DNA of 64,000 nucleotides from Lachnospiraceae bacterium (GCA_017460485.1 JAFUAW010000037.1:5195-69194), one strand, 5' to 3'. Shown: positions 35,656-46,150, counted from the stretch's first letter. Translations and numbers: made by a program. Notes: a model not told the origin generated them from the letters alone.

Positions 35656-36810
35656 TTGAATATAAAGACTACAAATAAAAGAATCATTTTTCTGACCGGG
35701 ACACGTGCTGACTACGGTAAGATGAAGTCTTTGATCCTGGCCTTATCTGAGAATCCGGAATTTGAAGTGTATATTTTTGCTACCGGAATGCACATGCTGG
35801 CGACCTATGGTTCTACCTATAAAGAGATCATTAAGGATGGCTTTCCGAACATCTATACCTATGTGAATCAGAATACCAATACCGGTATGGATCTGGCTCT
35901 ATCCAACACAATTACCGGATTCAGCAATTATATATCTGAACTGCATCCTGATGGAATTGTTGTACACGGAGACCGGCTTGAAGCACTTGCAGGTGCAATT
36001 GTTGGTGCATTTCATAACATTCGCGTATTTCATATCGAGGGCGGTGAGATTTCAGGGACAATAGATGAATCCATCCGCCATGCAATTACAAAGTTCTCAC
36101 ATTTCCATTTTGTAGCAAATGAAAGTGCCAAAAGACGAATTCAACAGCTTGGAGAACCGGCATCACACATCTTTGTGATCGGATCTCCCGATATTGATAT
36201 CATGTATTCCAAGAATCTGCCAACATTGTCAACTGTAACGGACTACTATGAGATTCCTTATTCACAATACATCATTTTTATGTATCATCCAGTTACAACA
36301 GAATATGAACAGATTGCGTCTCATATCCAATCTGTATTGAATAGTCTGATAGAATCTGGGAAGGACTATGTTATTATCTATCCAAACAATGATCCGGGAA
36401 GCAAAGAAATCATTCAGGCATATCATAATATAGAAGCCACGGGCAATCCTCATTTTCGAATCATTCCATCTATGCGGTTTGAATATTTTTTGGCTCTGCT
36501 TAAAAATGCCGACTGCATAATCGGCAATTCCAGCGCAGGAATCCGGGAAGCCAGTATATACGGAATTCCGGCAATAGATATCGGAAGCAGGCAACAGGGA
36601 CGTTACAATCCGGAAACCACTCCACATATCATCCATATTGATGAAACAGACGATATTGTAACTACTATAAGGGAAGCATGTTCTCTATCAATTGCTCCTT
36701 TTTCCGATTACGGAAAAGGCAATAGCAATCAGCTTTTCGCTGATATTATTTCAGATGATACCATATGGAACATGGATATTCAAAAACACTTTATTGATAT
36801 GGATTATTGA
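35656..36810 (+). CDS. neuC: UDP-N-acetylglucosamine 2-epimerase (hydrolysing), NeuC/LegG-like
   Basis: RIIFLTGTRADYGKMKSL...VHGDRLEALAGA...HIEGGEISGTIDE is the NeuC signature. A TTG start follows a GGAGAG RBS. Confidence 0.8.
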   Translation: MNIKTTNKRIIFLTGTRADYGKMKSLILALSENPEFEVYIFATGMHMLATYGSTYKEIIKDGFPNIYTYVNQNTNTGMDLALSNTITGFSNYISELHPDGIVVHGDRLEALAGAIVGAFHNIRVFHIEGGEISGTIDESIRHAITKFSHFHFVANESAKRRIQQLGEPASHIFVIGSPDIDIMYSKNLPTLSTVTDYYEIPYSQYIIFMYHPVTTEYEQIASHIQSVLNSLIESGKDYVIIYPNNDPGSKEIIQAYHNIEATGNPHFRIIPSMRFEYFLALLKNADCIIGNSSAGIREASIYGIPAIDIGSRQQGRYNPETTPHIIHIDETDDIVTTIREACSLSIAPFSDYGKGNSNQLFADIISDDTIWNMDIQKHFIDMDY

Positions 36811-36811
36811 C

Positions 36812-37906
36812 TTATTTTTCCTGATCGTTTTCATGAACCTTGTTCAACAGCCATTGAACATATGCTCTTCGCATAGCCTCAATTTGTTCCATTGTGCAGC
36901 CTTTCCACTTTCCGATCATATCAATAAATAATATTTCAAAATCATTGTATTCATCATTTTCTGATGATGCTATAATATTCCGGTAATCCGGAAAATACTC
37001 TAATATTTTATCCTCCATCCATCCAAAAATATCAGGAAGGCTCTGGTATCGGACAAAAAACATATTAATTGAATTAAGGTAGAATCTTTGTACAAAATCT
37101 ATACACAAATTATTATAAAACAAGTCAAATACACCGCGCTGCCTATATTCTTCCAGAATACCGATTTCAATTGCGAGACGATCCATATGATGCGCGGAAT
37201 TAATTGATCTGACCGTAGATTCAGGATTTACATAATAATGATATATTATCTTATCAACTACACACAGATTGCTCAAATACAGATGAAGCACAGCCGACCA
37301 ATAATTATCTTCATATACCATTTTCTCCGGAAACCAGATTTCATTATCAATTATTATGGATCTTTTATAAATCGCCGACCAGACTCCACCATATTCTCCA
37401 ACATTTCCGTAATCTTCCACTCTGAAATCATGATATAATTCACTTACTGTCTCAAATTGATATTCAAGACAGTCATATCGGTCTGTCTTATAAGTGTTCT
37501 CCTGCTTTTCCTTTGATTGTACGAACTTTCCCTGAACCATATCATAATCGCCACGCATGGCCTCTCGATACAAAGTCTCATACATATCAAGTTCAATCCA
37601 ATCATCCGAATCCACAAAACCAATATACTCTCCAGAGGCACATTTCATGCCTTTATTTCTTGCGCCCCCCTGTCGGATATTTTCAGTATAGGTAATGACC
37701 TTAATATGATCCTGATATCGTTGTTCCCACTCTTCTAACTTCTCAAGTGTATTATCTGTTGAAGCATCATTAACCAATATTATTTCAAGCGCATCCAGAC
37801 CGATCGTTTGATTCACAAGAGTATCAAGGCATCGCTCAATATATTTCTCAACATTATAGCATGGAATAATTACACTGATTTGTTTCACTTCTTTACACTC
37901 TCCCAC
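36812..37906 (-). CDS. Family 2 glycosyltransferase (paralog 3 of 4)
   Basis: ISVIIPCYNVEKYIERC...VNDASTDNT...DSDDW. The start is GTG at 37906 or GTG at 37888. Confidence 0.8.
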   Translation of the reverse strand: MGECKEVKQISVIIPCYNVEKYIERCLDTLVNQTIGLDALEIILVNDASTDNTLEKLEEWEQRYQDHIKVITYTENIRQGGARNKGMKCASGEYIGFVDSDDWIELDMYETLYREAMRGDYDMVQGKFVQSKEKQENTYKTDRYDCLEYQFETVSELYHDFRVEDYGNVGEYGGVWSAIYKRSIIIDNEIWFPEKMVYEDNYWSAVLHLYLSNLCVVDKIIYHYYVNPESTVRSINSAHHMDRLAIEIGILEEYRQRGVFDLFYNNLCIDFVQRFYLNSINMFFVRYQSLPDIFGWMEDKILEYFPDYRNIIASSENDEYNDFEILFIDMIGKWKGCTMEQIEAMRRAYVQWLLNKVHENDQEK

Positions 37907-37936
37907 TGATTAACTACCGGATGCTATCTTACTTAT

Positions 37937-38995
37937 TCAGGATCTTAGTTCTTGTAAATAAACATCCTGAATTGCATTCCATTCGTCATCTGTCAAACTA
38001 TCAAACTGCTGCAGCATACTAATCAAGACAAGGTCTCCTTGCGTATACTCATCCGATGTCAGATAATCTTCATAGTCCGGAAAATTATTCACCACAATAT
38101 GCTTCAAATCTTCAAACAAATTTGGAGCAGGATAGAATCTCACGAATAATGTATGCACTGTATTACAATAGAGTCTTTTAAGAAAACCGATGCACAGCTT
38201 TCCATAAAAAACATTCATAATCTTACGTTCTCTGCAGACATCAAGTAAATAAAGTTCTACCCGGATCCTGTCCAGATGGTTTTGATCATTCAAGGCATGC
38301 ACAGTAGAATCCGCTCTGTAATAATAATTATAAATCACCTTATTGATAACACATCCGCATGAAAGGTAGAATTCCAGTAAGTTTCCCCAATAATTATCTT
38401 CATATAATACCCGCTCAGGGAAACGAATATCATGTTCTTCTATAATGCTTCGTCTGTATATAGCAGTACATGTGCTGCCCCATTCTCCCGGACCTTCTCT
38501 TTTTATATCTTGCGGAATTCTGAAGTCATAAAAACAATCTCCGACCTTGTCAAAATAAAAGTCGTATTTATTAATTACTTCTGAATCTATATTCATTTTC
38601 GGTTCTGCATACTCATACACGGTACGGAACTTGGCACGCACAAAATCGAAATCCGGATTTCTGAGAATCTCATTATAAAGAGATTCGTATGCATCTAATT
38701 CCAACCAATCATCAGCACCCGCAAAGGTCAGATATTCACCAGTTGCATATTGCATTCCAATATTCATAGCTCCGCCTTGTCTAAGATTTTCATCATAAGT
38801 AATGATTTTAATATCATCCGGATATCGATCTCCCCACTCTATTAATTTATCTAAGGTATGATCCGTCGACGCATCATTTACCACAATAATCTCCAAATCA
38901 GCAATACCAATCGTCTGACGAACCATAGAGTCCAAGCATCGATCAATATAGTCTTCCATATTATAGCAAGGAATTATCACACTAATCTTCTTCAT
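37937..38995 (-). CDS. Family 2 glycosyltransferase (paralog 4 of 4)
   Basis: MKKISVIIPCYNMEDYIDRC...VNDASTDHT...ADDW. The ATG at 38995 follows a GGAGAAG RBS. Confidence 0.8.
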   Translation of the reverse strand: MKKISVIIPCYNMEDYIDRCLDSMVRQTIGIADLEIIVVNDASTDHTLDKLIEWGDRYPDDIKIITYDENLRQGGAMNIGMQYATGEYLTFAGADDWLELDAYESLYNEILRNPDFDFVRAKFRTVYEYAEPKMNIDSEVINKYDFYFDKVGDCFYDFRIPQDIKREGPGEWGSTCTAIYRRSIIEEHDIRFPERVLYEDNYWGNLLEFYLSCGCVINKVIYNYYYRADSTVHALNDQNHLDRIRVELYLLDVCRERKIMNVFYGKLCIGFLKRLYCNTVHTLFVRFYPAPNLFEDLKHIVVNNFPDYEDYLTSDEYTQGDLVLISMLQQFDSLTDDEWNAIQDVYLQELRS

Positions 38996-39011
38996 ACTAT
39001 CTTCTCCACTT

Positions 39012-40874
39012 TCATAAATTACCCAAACCATTAGCCATCTTTTCCAGGGTTCTTAATGACTCTTCCCACATTGGAATAGCTTCTTCCAACGCAAGACCAA
39101 TTTCCTTCATGTGTTCATGAATCATATGATATAAATGAATCCTCATTTTCAAAGAATCTTCTTCTTTCTCATCCAGTCCATCAGCCATATTTATATTGGT
39201 TTCTGCAGCGCGTTCCAGCATCATTTCATATAGTTTCATAGACTCAATTTCATTCAAAAGGTGATCTATCCTTCTCTCAATTTGAGCAAATTCACTCTCA
39301 GAATAATTCGCTCGCTGCGCTAATTTCAATGCCCGGTCAGAGCTCATGATCGCCTCGTCTACCAAACGTTTCATATTTTTCAGATCTCTCAGACCTTCTT
39401 TTAGATCCTGATAATACTCTTTTCTGGCATCCTCTGTTTCCCATAATCGCGGAAGAGACTGCCAAACTTTATCGCAATCAAATTCGTGTGTACAATACTT
39501 CATTACCGCCTCTTGAAATGGCATTTGTACTGCTCCGGCAAGTTTAGCGCCACCCTCTGTCGCATTAATAATTGTATGATTCTTAGAGAATTGCTCTATT
39601 GTTCTGGCATACCAATCGATATATAATCGAAAATCTCCCGATGCCCATACTTTATCTCCATAGTATCCTTCTACTTCGTAAAGAGTATAGCGCATCAGAT
39701 CTTCTTCCGTAGCTTTGCCCCGGCCTGCATGGAACTCCATATTGGTAAATGCCAGATCCTGCCCTATAATGATAATTGTTCGGAATCCGAGTTCTATCGC
39801 CAACCGGAATAATACTGTAGCCACAGATCCGCCAACATCCAAGTTTAAAAAATGATGTCCCGTCTTAGATATTAGATAATCATAATAACTGGCTGTATTC
39901 ATAAAATATAATGGTTCAAATACATCCAACGCTTCCAGCATAGATGCACTGGAGATGGTTGAAAGAAAAACCGGCAGCCCTTTGATTCGCTCATCTTGGA
40001 AATGTATCGCACTTTTTTCAGCATCCACAGTACATGTATAATCCGGTCGTATTCCTTGATCCAGCAAATACTTCAATGCCGAATCAACGGCAAATATGCA
40101 TGATTTCCCCTTCGCTTCATGCAGATATTTTACATTCTTTTCCAATGACGGTCCATTCGCAACCAGAATACATGGGATATCTTCTGGAAAACGCCCAACC
40201 ATTTCATCAACAGCATAACTATTCAAAAGCCACCTCTGCGCCTTGATCTCATTACGCAATCCGCTTTGAGCAAAATCAATCACTGTCTGCATAGAACCTT
40301 TCCCCGAAAGCAGGCAGTTCATATACCATTCATAAGATCTCTGCAGCTGTTCCGGGAATATACGGTTATAGACAGGCAGGGAAATTATTGCAAACGTTTT
40401 CCAATTCATATAGTTCACTCTGCTCTGAATAATATTATCGGCATTACGATCATTGAGATCCTGAATGATCAGAGAAATATTAGGAGAATCAAGAATATCC
40501 CTGACATCATATTCACGAAGGACTGTCAGAAATATATCTTTACTTGGCTCATAAATAATGCATTGCCGTATCGGACAATCTTCTGAAAGAATTCTTCGTA
40601 CAATCTGACCATCGCCAAAGCCAAACAATAGAATTGTTGTAGATTCGGGTAAATGATTAAATGCCTCCACATATCTCTCCGCTGCATGCTGAGGATGATA
40701 CATACTGGTCAAAGATATAATATTCTCACCTTCTGCTTTAGCTATAAACTTTTCTCCATCCAATGCATCACCAATCATTATGGAATCACAATTCGTGTTC
40801 TCTTCCGAAAGCGACCGATACAAATTCACATCATGTTTTTGGATTACCTGCATATTATCTTCGTATATTGCCAT
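39012..40874 (-). CDS. Maf (DUF115) family protein (paralog 2 of 5)
   Basis: MAIYEDNMQVIQ..., ILVANGPSLEKN, FAVDSA, GGSVATVLF, IIIIGQDLA and NATEGGA. Confidence 0.85.
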   Translation of the reverse strand: MAIYEDNMQVIQKHDVNLYRSLSEENTNCDSIMIGDALDGEKFIAKAEGENIISLTSMYHPQHAAERYVEAFNHLPESTTILLFGFGDGQIVRRILSEDCPIRQCIIYEPSKDIFLTVLREYDVRDILDSPNISLIIQDLNDRNADNIIQSRVNYMNWKTFAIISLPVYNRIFPEQLQRSYEWYMNCLLSGKGSMQTVIDFAQSGLRNEIKAQRWLLNSYAVDEMVGRFPEDIPCILVANGPSLEKNVKYLHEAKGKSCIFAVDSALKYLLDQGIRPDYTCTVDAEKSAIHFQDERIKGLPVFLSTISSASMLEALDVFEPLYFMNTASYYDYLISKTGHHFLNLDVGGSVATVLFRLAIELGFRTIIIIGQDLAFTNMEFHAGRGKATEEDLMRYTLYEVEGYYGDKVWASGDFRLYIDWYARTIEQFSKNHTIINATEGGAKLAGAVQMPFQEAVMKYCTHEFDCDKVWQSLPRLWETEDARKEYYQDLKEGLRDLKNMKRLVDEAIMSSDRALKLAQRANYSESEFAQIERRIDHLLNEIESMKLYEMMLERAAETNINMADGLDEKEEDSLKMRIHLYHMIHEHMKEIGLALEEAIPMWEESLRTLEKMANGLGNL

Positions 40875-40899
40875 TTAGTTTCCCTTCTTTTATTCACTA

Positions 40900-42561
40900 T
40901 CAGTTAATATAATCGTGCAGTGTAATTAGAACGGTATTATCAATTCTCGCTCCGCCCTCCGATGCGTCATAGATAGTCATAGTTACATCATTTTGAATAA
41001 TACGTTCCTCTATCCACTGTTTATACTGAATGAAATTATAATCTGTACAAAGCGTCTCTCCATGTAATCCGCTAACAGTATAATCCCCAACTGATTTCGA
41101 CACCTCATATTGAGTATCAGCCGCATGGAATCGATCACCATCATATGCCAAATCCAATCCGATAAAAGCGATACTTTCCGCTTCCATACGAATTGCAAGA
41201 TCAAGGGCAAGTGTTGTAACAGAACCTCCGCTGTCATATACCTGATAGCCATGTTCTACTGCATAATCGGCTGCTTCTCCATAATCTGTATGACATATCA
41301 AATATTTTTTTCCCTGATAATTCTGAGCAATTCTCCTATCCGCAGTCGATAACAGCAGCACTGGAATCTGTTCTGTCAGATTGTGTTCAAATTGATGATA
41401 CGCATTCACATCTGATGCTATCACATAATCCGGTCGAATTCCAAGGTTCAATAATTTTCCGAAAACAGTACCCACAGCAATCACGCAATATGATTCCGAA
41501 ATATTATGCAGCTGCTTTATATTATTATCCAAGGATGGACCTCCGGCTGCAATAATGACCTTTTTTCCTTTTATACTGCTTCCTATTGTATCAATATAAT
41601 TATCACAGCATCGCAGATTAGACCGGTGATTTTGGTAAAACGTCGATTCATGTCTACGAATACCGTTCTTCCGGTTCATCATATCCTCAAATCTTCTTCG
41701 AAGACTTTTATCACGAACTCTGCTTAATGTCGGAGGATATAGGATCAATTCTGCTCCCTGTGCCAGTTCCTTTCGAACTTCCGACCATATTTCATCACCA
41801 TATATAAAGCGAATATTCGGGATGATACCTGTCAAATCCTGACACAGGCATGCACAATATAAAATATTTAAATCCGGTTCTGCAGCAACTAATTCAATGT
41901 CACTGAATAATTCTTTAAAGGCAAATGCGGAATAACCCAATCCCATTCCCACTGCCAAATAACATTCTTTTTCAATTCGATAATTATAACCTGCAAATTT
42001 CCGCGCCTCCTGCATTGGATCTATATTACTATGCAGAAAGGTTTTATGGTCGGATTCTATAATTGACAATGTATAATAACCTGCATTCGATGGCTCCATG
42101 CAATATTGATATCTTATCGTGCTATAATCTAAAGAGACTAATTGGGCATATAATGATTCGTCCTGTTGTCTTATTAGATTCAGATTCTTTTCCAGCCAAT
42201 CAATATGATATAATGGTTCATCCTTCATTACATCAGTAATTCTGCTCTGCATCTGATACAATAACGGCAGAATTTCCCACTCATAATAATCTCCCATCAA
42301 GATATAGTCTTTTTGTTCCTGAGCAGTATATATATGCTGTAAAACCTGCATAAGCTGGTCAAGATCAATGATTGTAATTCCTTCCGAACTCTGGAACTGA
42401 TAATACCGATTAATATTCTGAGCCAAACCGGTTGAAATTGTCTTAACTTTAGTCCATATTCCACCGAGATCATGAATCCTTACCGAATCTAAAAGTCTGT
42501 TAATATCCGTAATTAGATATGCGTTATCCCAATAAATATTCCGCAACAAATCTATATTCAT
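40900..42561 (-). CDS. Maf (DUF115) family variant with an N-terminal extension and no C-terminal helical domain (paralog 3 of 5)
   Basis: The central IIAAGGPSLDNN, IAVGTV, GGSVTTLAL, FIGLDLA and ASEGGA are present. A roughly 110-aa extra N-terminal domain precedes them. The protein ends right after the catalytic core. Confidence 0.75.
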   Translation of the reverse strand: MNIDLLRNIYWDNAYLITDINRLLDSVRIHDLGGIWTKVKTISTGLAQNINRYYQFQSSEGITIIDLDQLMQVLQHIYTAQEQKDYILMGDYYEWEILPLLYQMQSRITDVMKDEPLYHIDWLEKNLNLIRQQDESLYAQLVSLDYSTIRYQYCMEPSNAGYYTLSIIESDHKTFLHSNIDPMQEARKFAGYNYRIEKECYLAVGMGLGYSAFAFKELFSDIELVAAEPDLNILYCACLCQDLTGIIPNIRFIYGDEIWSEVRKELAQGAELILYPPTLSRVRDKSLRRRFEDMMNRKNGIRRHESTFYQNHRSNLRCCDNYIDTIGSSIKGKKVIIAAGGPSLDNNIKQLHNISESYCVIAVGTVFGKLLNLGIRPDYVIASDVNAYHQFEHNLTEQIPVLLLSTADRRIAQNYQGKKYLICHTDYGEAADYAVEHGYQVYDSGGSVTTLALDLAIRMEAESIAFIGLDLAYDGDRFHAADTQYEVSKSVGDYTVSGLHGETLCTDYNFIQYKQWIEERIIQNDVTMTIYDASEGGARIDNTVLITLHDYIN

Positions 42562-44400
42562 CTATAACTCCTTTTTTATCACGTCGAGCACAGCTGTCCA
42601 TTCAGGAAGCTGATAATCAATGGCATCTATCAGTTCATCCATGTATCGGATTATTCTGGAATATAGTATCATTGTTTCCTGAAGGGGTGATCTATCATCT
42701 CTCCCCAGACCATCTGTAAGAGAGTTCTCGGTCTGTACCATATATCGATATAACATATCAGACGCATCGCTCAATGCCATTCGATCCAATATCTTTGTAT
42801 TCTTTTGATTTACCCGCTCTAATTCCTTGGAATTCACATATCCGCTGTCTATATGCTTACATGCCCGATCCGTATCCATTCTCGCCTGTACAACATCACG
42901 TTTAAGATTATCAAGCATTTTATAATGCTTCTCCAGCATCTGATATACCAGCGACTTTTGCTCATCGTTTTGAATAATATAAGATATTTTGGCATATGTC
43001 GTCATAAAATCAAATTCAGAAATACAGTATTGTTTAACCGCTTCTTCAAAGGGCATCTGTTTAGTTCCTTTTAATGCGGCTCCTCCTTCTGTCGCATTGA
43101 CAACTGTAATGTCTGTAAGCTCCGGAATTCTTGAATTATACCACTGTATATAGAACAAAAAATCACTTCTTGTTATCACCGGATCACCATAATAACCATC
43201 CACTTGGCATAATGAGTATGAATGAAGATCTGACTCAACCAGCCCACCCTTTCCAGCATGTGCCATATTGTTTGTAAGTGCAAGATCCTGCCCAATCATT
43301 ATAATTGTGCGAAATCCCAGCTTCAAAGCAATCTCGAATATATTAAGAGCCACCGATCCTCCACCATACACACACGGCATTTCAACACCTAATTCACGAA
43401 AGACCTTCTCATGAATAATGGATTGACTACTGAAGTACATTACCTCAGGTGTTGCGATCTTATCTATTTGAGCATAGCTGGATGTAGTCGTTATCGCGAT
43501 CGGAATCGAGTGAAGAATCGGATTCGCAAAGCATACACCTTGCTTGTCAGAATCAACTGTACATATCATATCAGGCATAATTCCTTGTGATGCAAGATAA
43601 TCGGCTGCAGAATCTACACAGATTATAAATGATTTTCCTTTGGCTTTGCGCAAATGCTCTGCATTCTTTTCCAAAGAAGGACCGGCTGCAACCAAAATGC
43701 ATGGTATATCCGAATTAATATATGATTTAAGGTCATACAAATTCTTCGCATGCATCATATACCGAAAAGTATGGATCTCACATTTTGTAATAGACTTTCC
43801 AAAATGCACCATTGTATTGTAGTCCGCTTCTTTTCGTTCAAGTATGGATAGATATCTTTGTCGGATATTTTCTTCGGATTCCGGAAATAATTGTTTGTAC
43901 TGTGAAAGGCATCCATAGTGATAGCTGCGGAAATTATGGTCTTCGATGATTTGATCTAAGTACTCCTCAAATAAACTCACATCATTGTTGCCAAGAAATA
44001 ATCTCAGCCTATCATTTTCAAATATGTTACTAAGATCCTTCTCGTGGATTAATTTCAAAAACAAATCTATGCATGGTTCAAATACAATTATCCTTCCAAA
44101 TTCTGCACTGCGTTCCAACAAGACTTTTACTATACTGCCTGATCCAAATCCGTATAATACGATATTTTGAGGATCCATACCTGTTTCAAACTGCATAATA
44201 TACCTTTCCGCCTCATGTGCAGGCGAATAGGTACTGCCGATCACCTTGAGTTTATCTCCCCGGCATACCGCAAGAAATTGTCCCTCTATATATGCATCTC
44301 CTATAAATACTTCTTCACTCGGAATACTTTCTTGTAATTGATCGGCCGTGACGCGATTCCATTTTTTTATACTGTTTATATTTTTTTCAAATACAGACAT
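42562..44400 (-). CDS. Maf (DUF115) family protein (paralog 4 of 5)
   Basis: MSVFEKNINSIK..., ILVAAGPSLEKN, ICVDSA, GGSVALNIF, IIMIGQDLA and NATEGGA. Its stop abuts the next start (TAGATG). Confidence 0.85.
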   Translation of the reverse strand: MSVFEKNINSIKKWNRVTADQLQESIPSEEVFIGDAYIEGQFLAVCRGDKLKVIGSTYSPAHEAERYIMQFETGMDPQNIVLYGFGSGSIVKVLLERSAEFGRIIVFEPCIDLFLKLIHEKDLSNIFENDRLRLFLGNNDVSLFEEYLDQIIEDHNFRSYHYGCLSQYKQLFPESEENIRQRYLSILERKEADYNTMVHFGKSITKCEIHTFRYMMHAKNLYDLKSYINSDIPCILVAAGPSLEKNAEHLRKAKGKSFIICVDSAADYLASQGIMPDMICTVDSDKQGVCFANPILHSIPIAITTTSSYAQIDKIATPEVMYFSSQSIIHEKVFRELGVEMPCVYGGGSVALNIFEIALKLGFRTIIMIGQDLALTNNMAHAGKGGLVESDLHSYSLCQVDGYYGDPVITRSDFLFYIQWYNSRIPELTDITVVNATEGGAALKGTKQMPFEEAVKQYCISEFDFMTTYAKISYIIQNDEQKSLVYQMLEKHYKMLDNLKRDVVQARMDTDRACKHIDSGYVNSKELERVNQKNTKILDRMALSDASDMLYRYMVQTENSLTDGLGRDDRSPLQETMILYSRIIRYMDELIDAIDYQLPEWTAVLDVIKKEL

Positions 44401-46130
44401 TCTATTTCCTCCATCATTTGCTGCCAGGTCTCTTTAATAAACTTACCCGTTTGCTTTAAACTCTCAATGTAATGATCAGAATTTGAGGTATTCAGATATT
44501 CTATTTCAGCCTCTATCATATTCCGATGAAACAGATCGGAGAAATCCCCATATTGTACCTGATCAATTATCTGCTGAATATTATGGTCATTACTGGTCAG
44601 TCTGCTAATCCTATCACATAGAACAACCAGCTTTTTGTGATAAGTCTGTAATCGCATCATGTAACTATCTATATCTCTTGCCGGATCGACCATATATGGC
44701 AATTCATGATATACCTTGGAGAAATCAAATTCCGTAATACAATACTTATCAATTGCTTCTTCAGCAGTCATTTGCAATGCACCCGGAATCCTGGCTCCTC
44801 CTTCCGTTGAATTAATAATATTCCGATCTTCCAGCCGTGATATATAATCAGCATACCATTCAATATATGCATAAAAATCTCCTGTCGTATATACTGTCCC
44901 CCCATCATATCCTTCAGCTTCATATAATCCCCATGCCTCTATCGTTGATTTTAATTTGTTAAGTATTGATTCATTATTCTCACCGACATACATCTGATTG
45001 CCTGAATATGCCAGATCCTGTCCCATCATTATGATAGTATGAAACCCCAGCTCTACTGCCAGTTGAAAAGCACTAATGGCTACAGACCCCATTTTATCAT
45101 TATATGGTAATTGATATTCATATTCTTGAAGAATCTGATTATGTATTTTACAATCTATAGAAAAGTACATAATCTCCGGCATGCCTATTTTATTTAAATA
45201 TCTATGATCAGCTGCTGTACATACAAGTATTGGAATTTTATGCAATCGTTCATCCAATGAAAAGAAATCACCTTTAACCGGATCCACTATGCAGATTGCA
45301 TCCGGTATAATCCCTTCTTCTATACAAAAATTGGCAGCCGAATCAACACATATCAAAAAGGATTTGCCCTTTGCCCGTTTGATCTGCTGAATATTTTTGT
45401 GTAAAGAAGGACCTGCCGAAATAATAAAACAGGGGATGTCAGATCTTAGATATGGCTTAATCCCATATACATTCTTAGCATGTAAAAAATATCGAAATGC
45501 AAAAATAGAATTCGTCGGTCCTCTAAATGCAAATCGAACCATGGTATTGTAATTAGCCTGCATATAGTCACATACCCATTCAAAGTTCTGACGTATATTT
45601 TTTTCCTTATCCGAAAATAATTCCGAATATTTAGAGAGTACATGGTATCTGAACGACTTATAATTATATAAAGAGACTTTTTGATACATTATTTCTTTAC
45701 AAGCATCATCATCTTCACCTACAATACATATATCAAACCGTGGATTACCCAAGATGTCCTCAATTTCATAGTTATGAAGAACCATATTAAAAATATCAAT
45801 TGATGGTTCAAAAACAATACACTCAGTGCAGAATTCCTCACGTGACAACAGCCTTCTCACAATCTCTCCGTCTCCAAAGCCGAATAATACGATATTCGCT
45901 GATTCTTTTATCTTGGAGAACTGCCTTATATATGCATCTGCCTCATGTTCGGGATCATATGTGCTCTGCATGGCAACCATTTGCCCTTCACGCTCTATCG
46001 CCATGAATTGCCCATTATATAACGCATCCCCTAAGTAAATCTGTTCTTTAGGGTTATAACTCATGATAACACTATATAATAGCGGTCTGTCTTCCTGTAT
46101 TATTTTCAGATTCTTTTCGAATATCGTCAT
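44376..46130 (-). CDS. Maf (DUF115) family protein (paralog 5 of 5)
   Basis: MTIFEKNLKIIQ..., FIISAGPSLHKN, ICVDSA, MGSVAISAF, IIMMGQDLA and NSTEGGA. It overlaps the next maf by 25 nt. Confidence 0.85.
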   Translation of the reverse strand: MTIFEKNLKIIQEDRPLLYSVIMSYNPKEQIYLGDALYNGQFMAIEREGQMVAMQSTYDPEHEADAYIRQFSKIKESANIVLFGFGDGEIVRRLLSREEFCTECIVFEPSIDIFNMVLHNYEIEDILGNPRFDICIVGEDDDACKEIMYQKVSLYNYKSFRYHVLSKYSELFSDKEKNIRQNFEWVCDYMQANYNTMVRFAFRGPTNSIFAFRYFLHAKNVYGIKPYLRSDIPCFIISAGPSLHKNIQQIKRAKGKSFLICVDSAANFCIEEGIIPDAICIVDPVKGDFFSLDERLHKIPILVCTAADHRYLNKIGMPEIMYFSIDCKIHNQILQEYEYQLPYNDKMGSVAISAFQLAVELGFHTIIMMGQDLAYSGNQMYVGENNESILNKLKSTIEAWGLYEAEGYDGGTVYTTGDFYAYIEWYADYISRLEDRNIINSTEGGARIPGALQMTAEEAIDKYCITEFDFSKVYHELPYMVDPARDIDSYMMRLQTYHKKLVVLCDRISRLTSNDHNIQQIIDQVQYGDFSDLFHRNMIEAEIEYLNTSNSDHYIESLKQTGKFIKETWQQMMEEIECLYLKKI

Positions 46131-46150
46131 AATTATTCCCCATCAACTAA

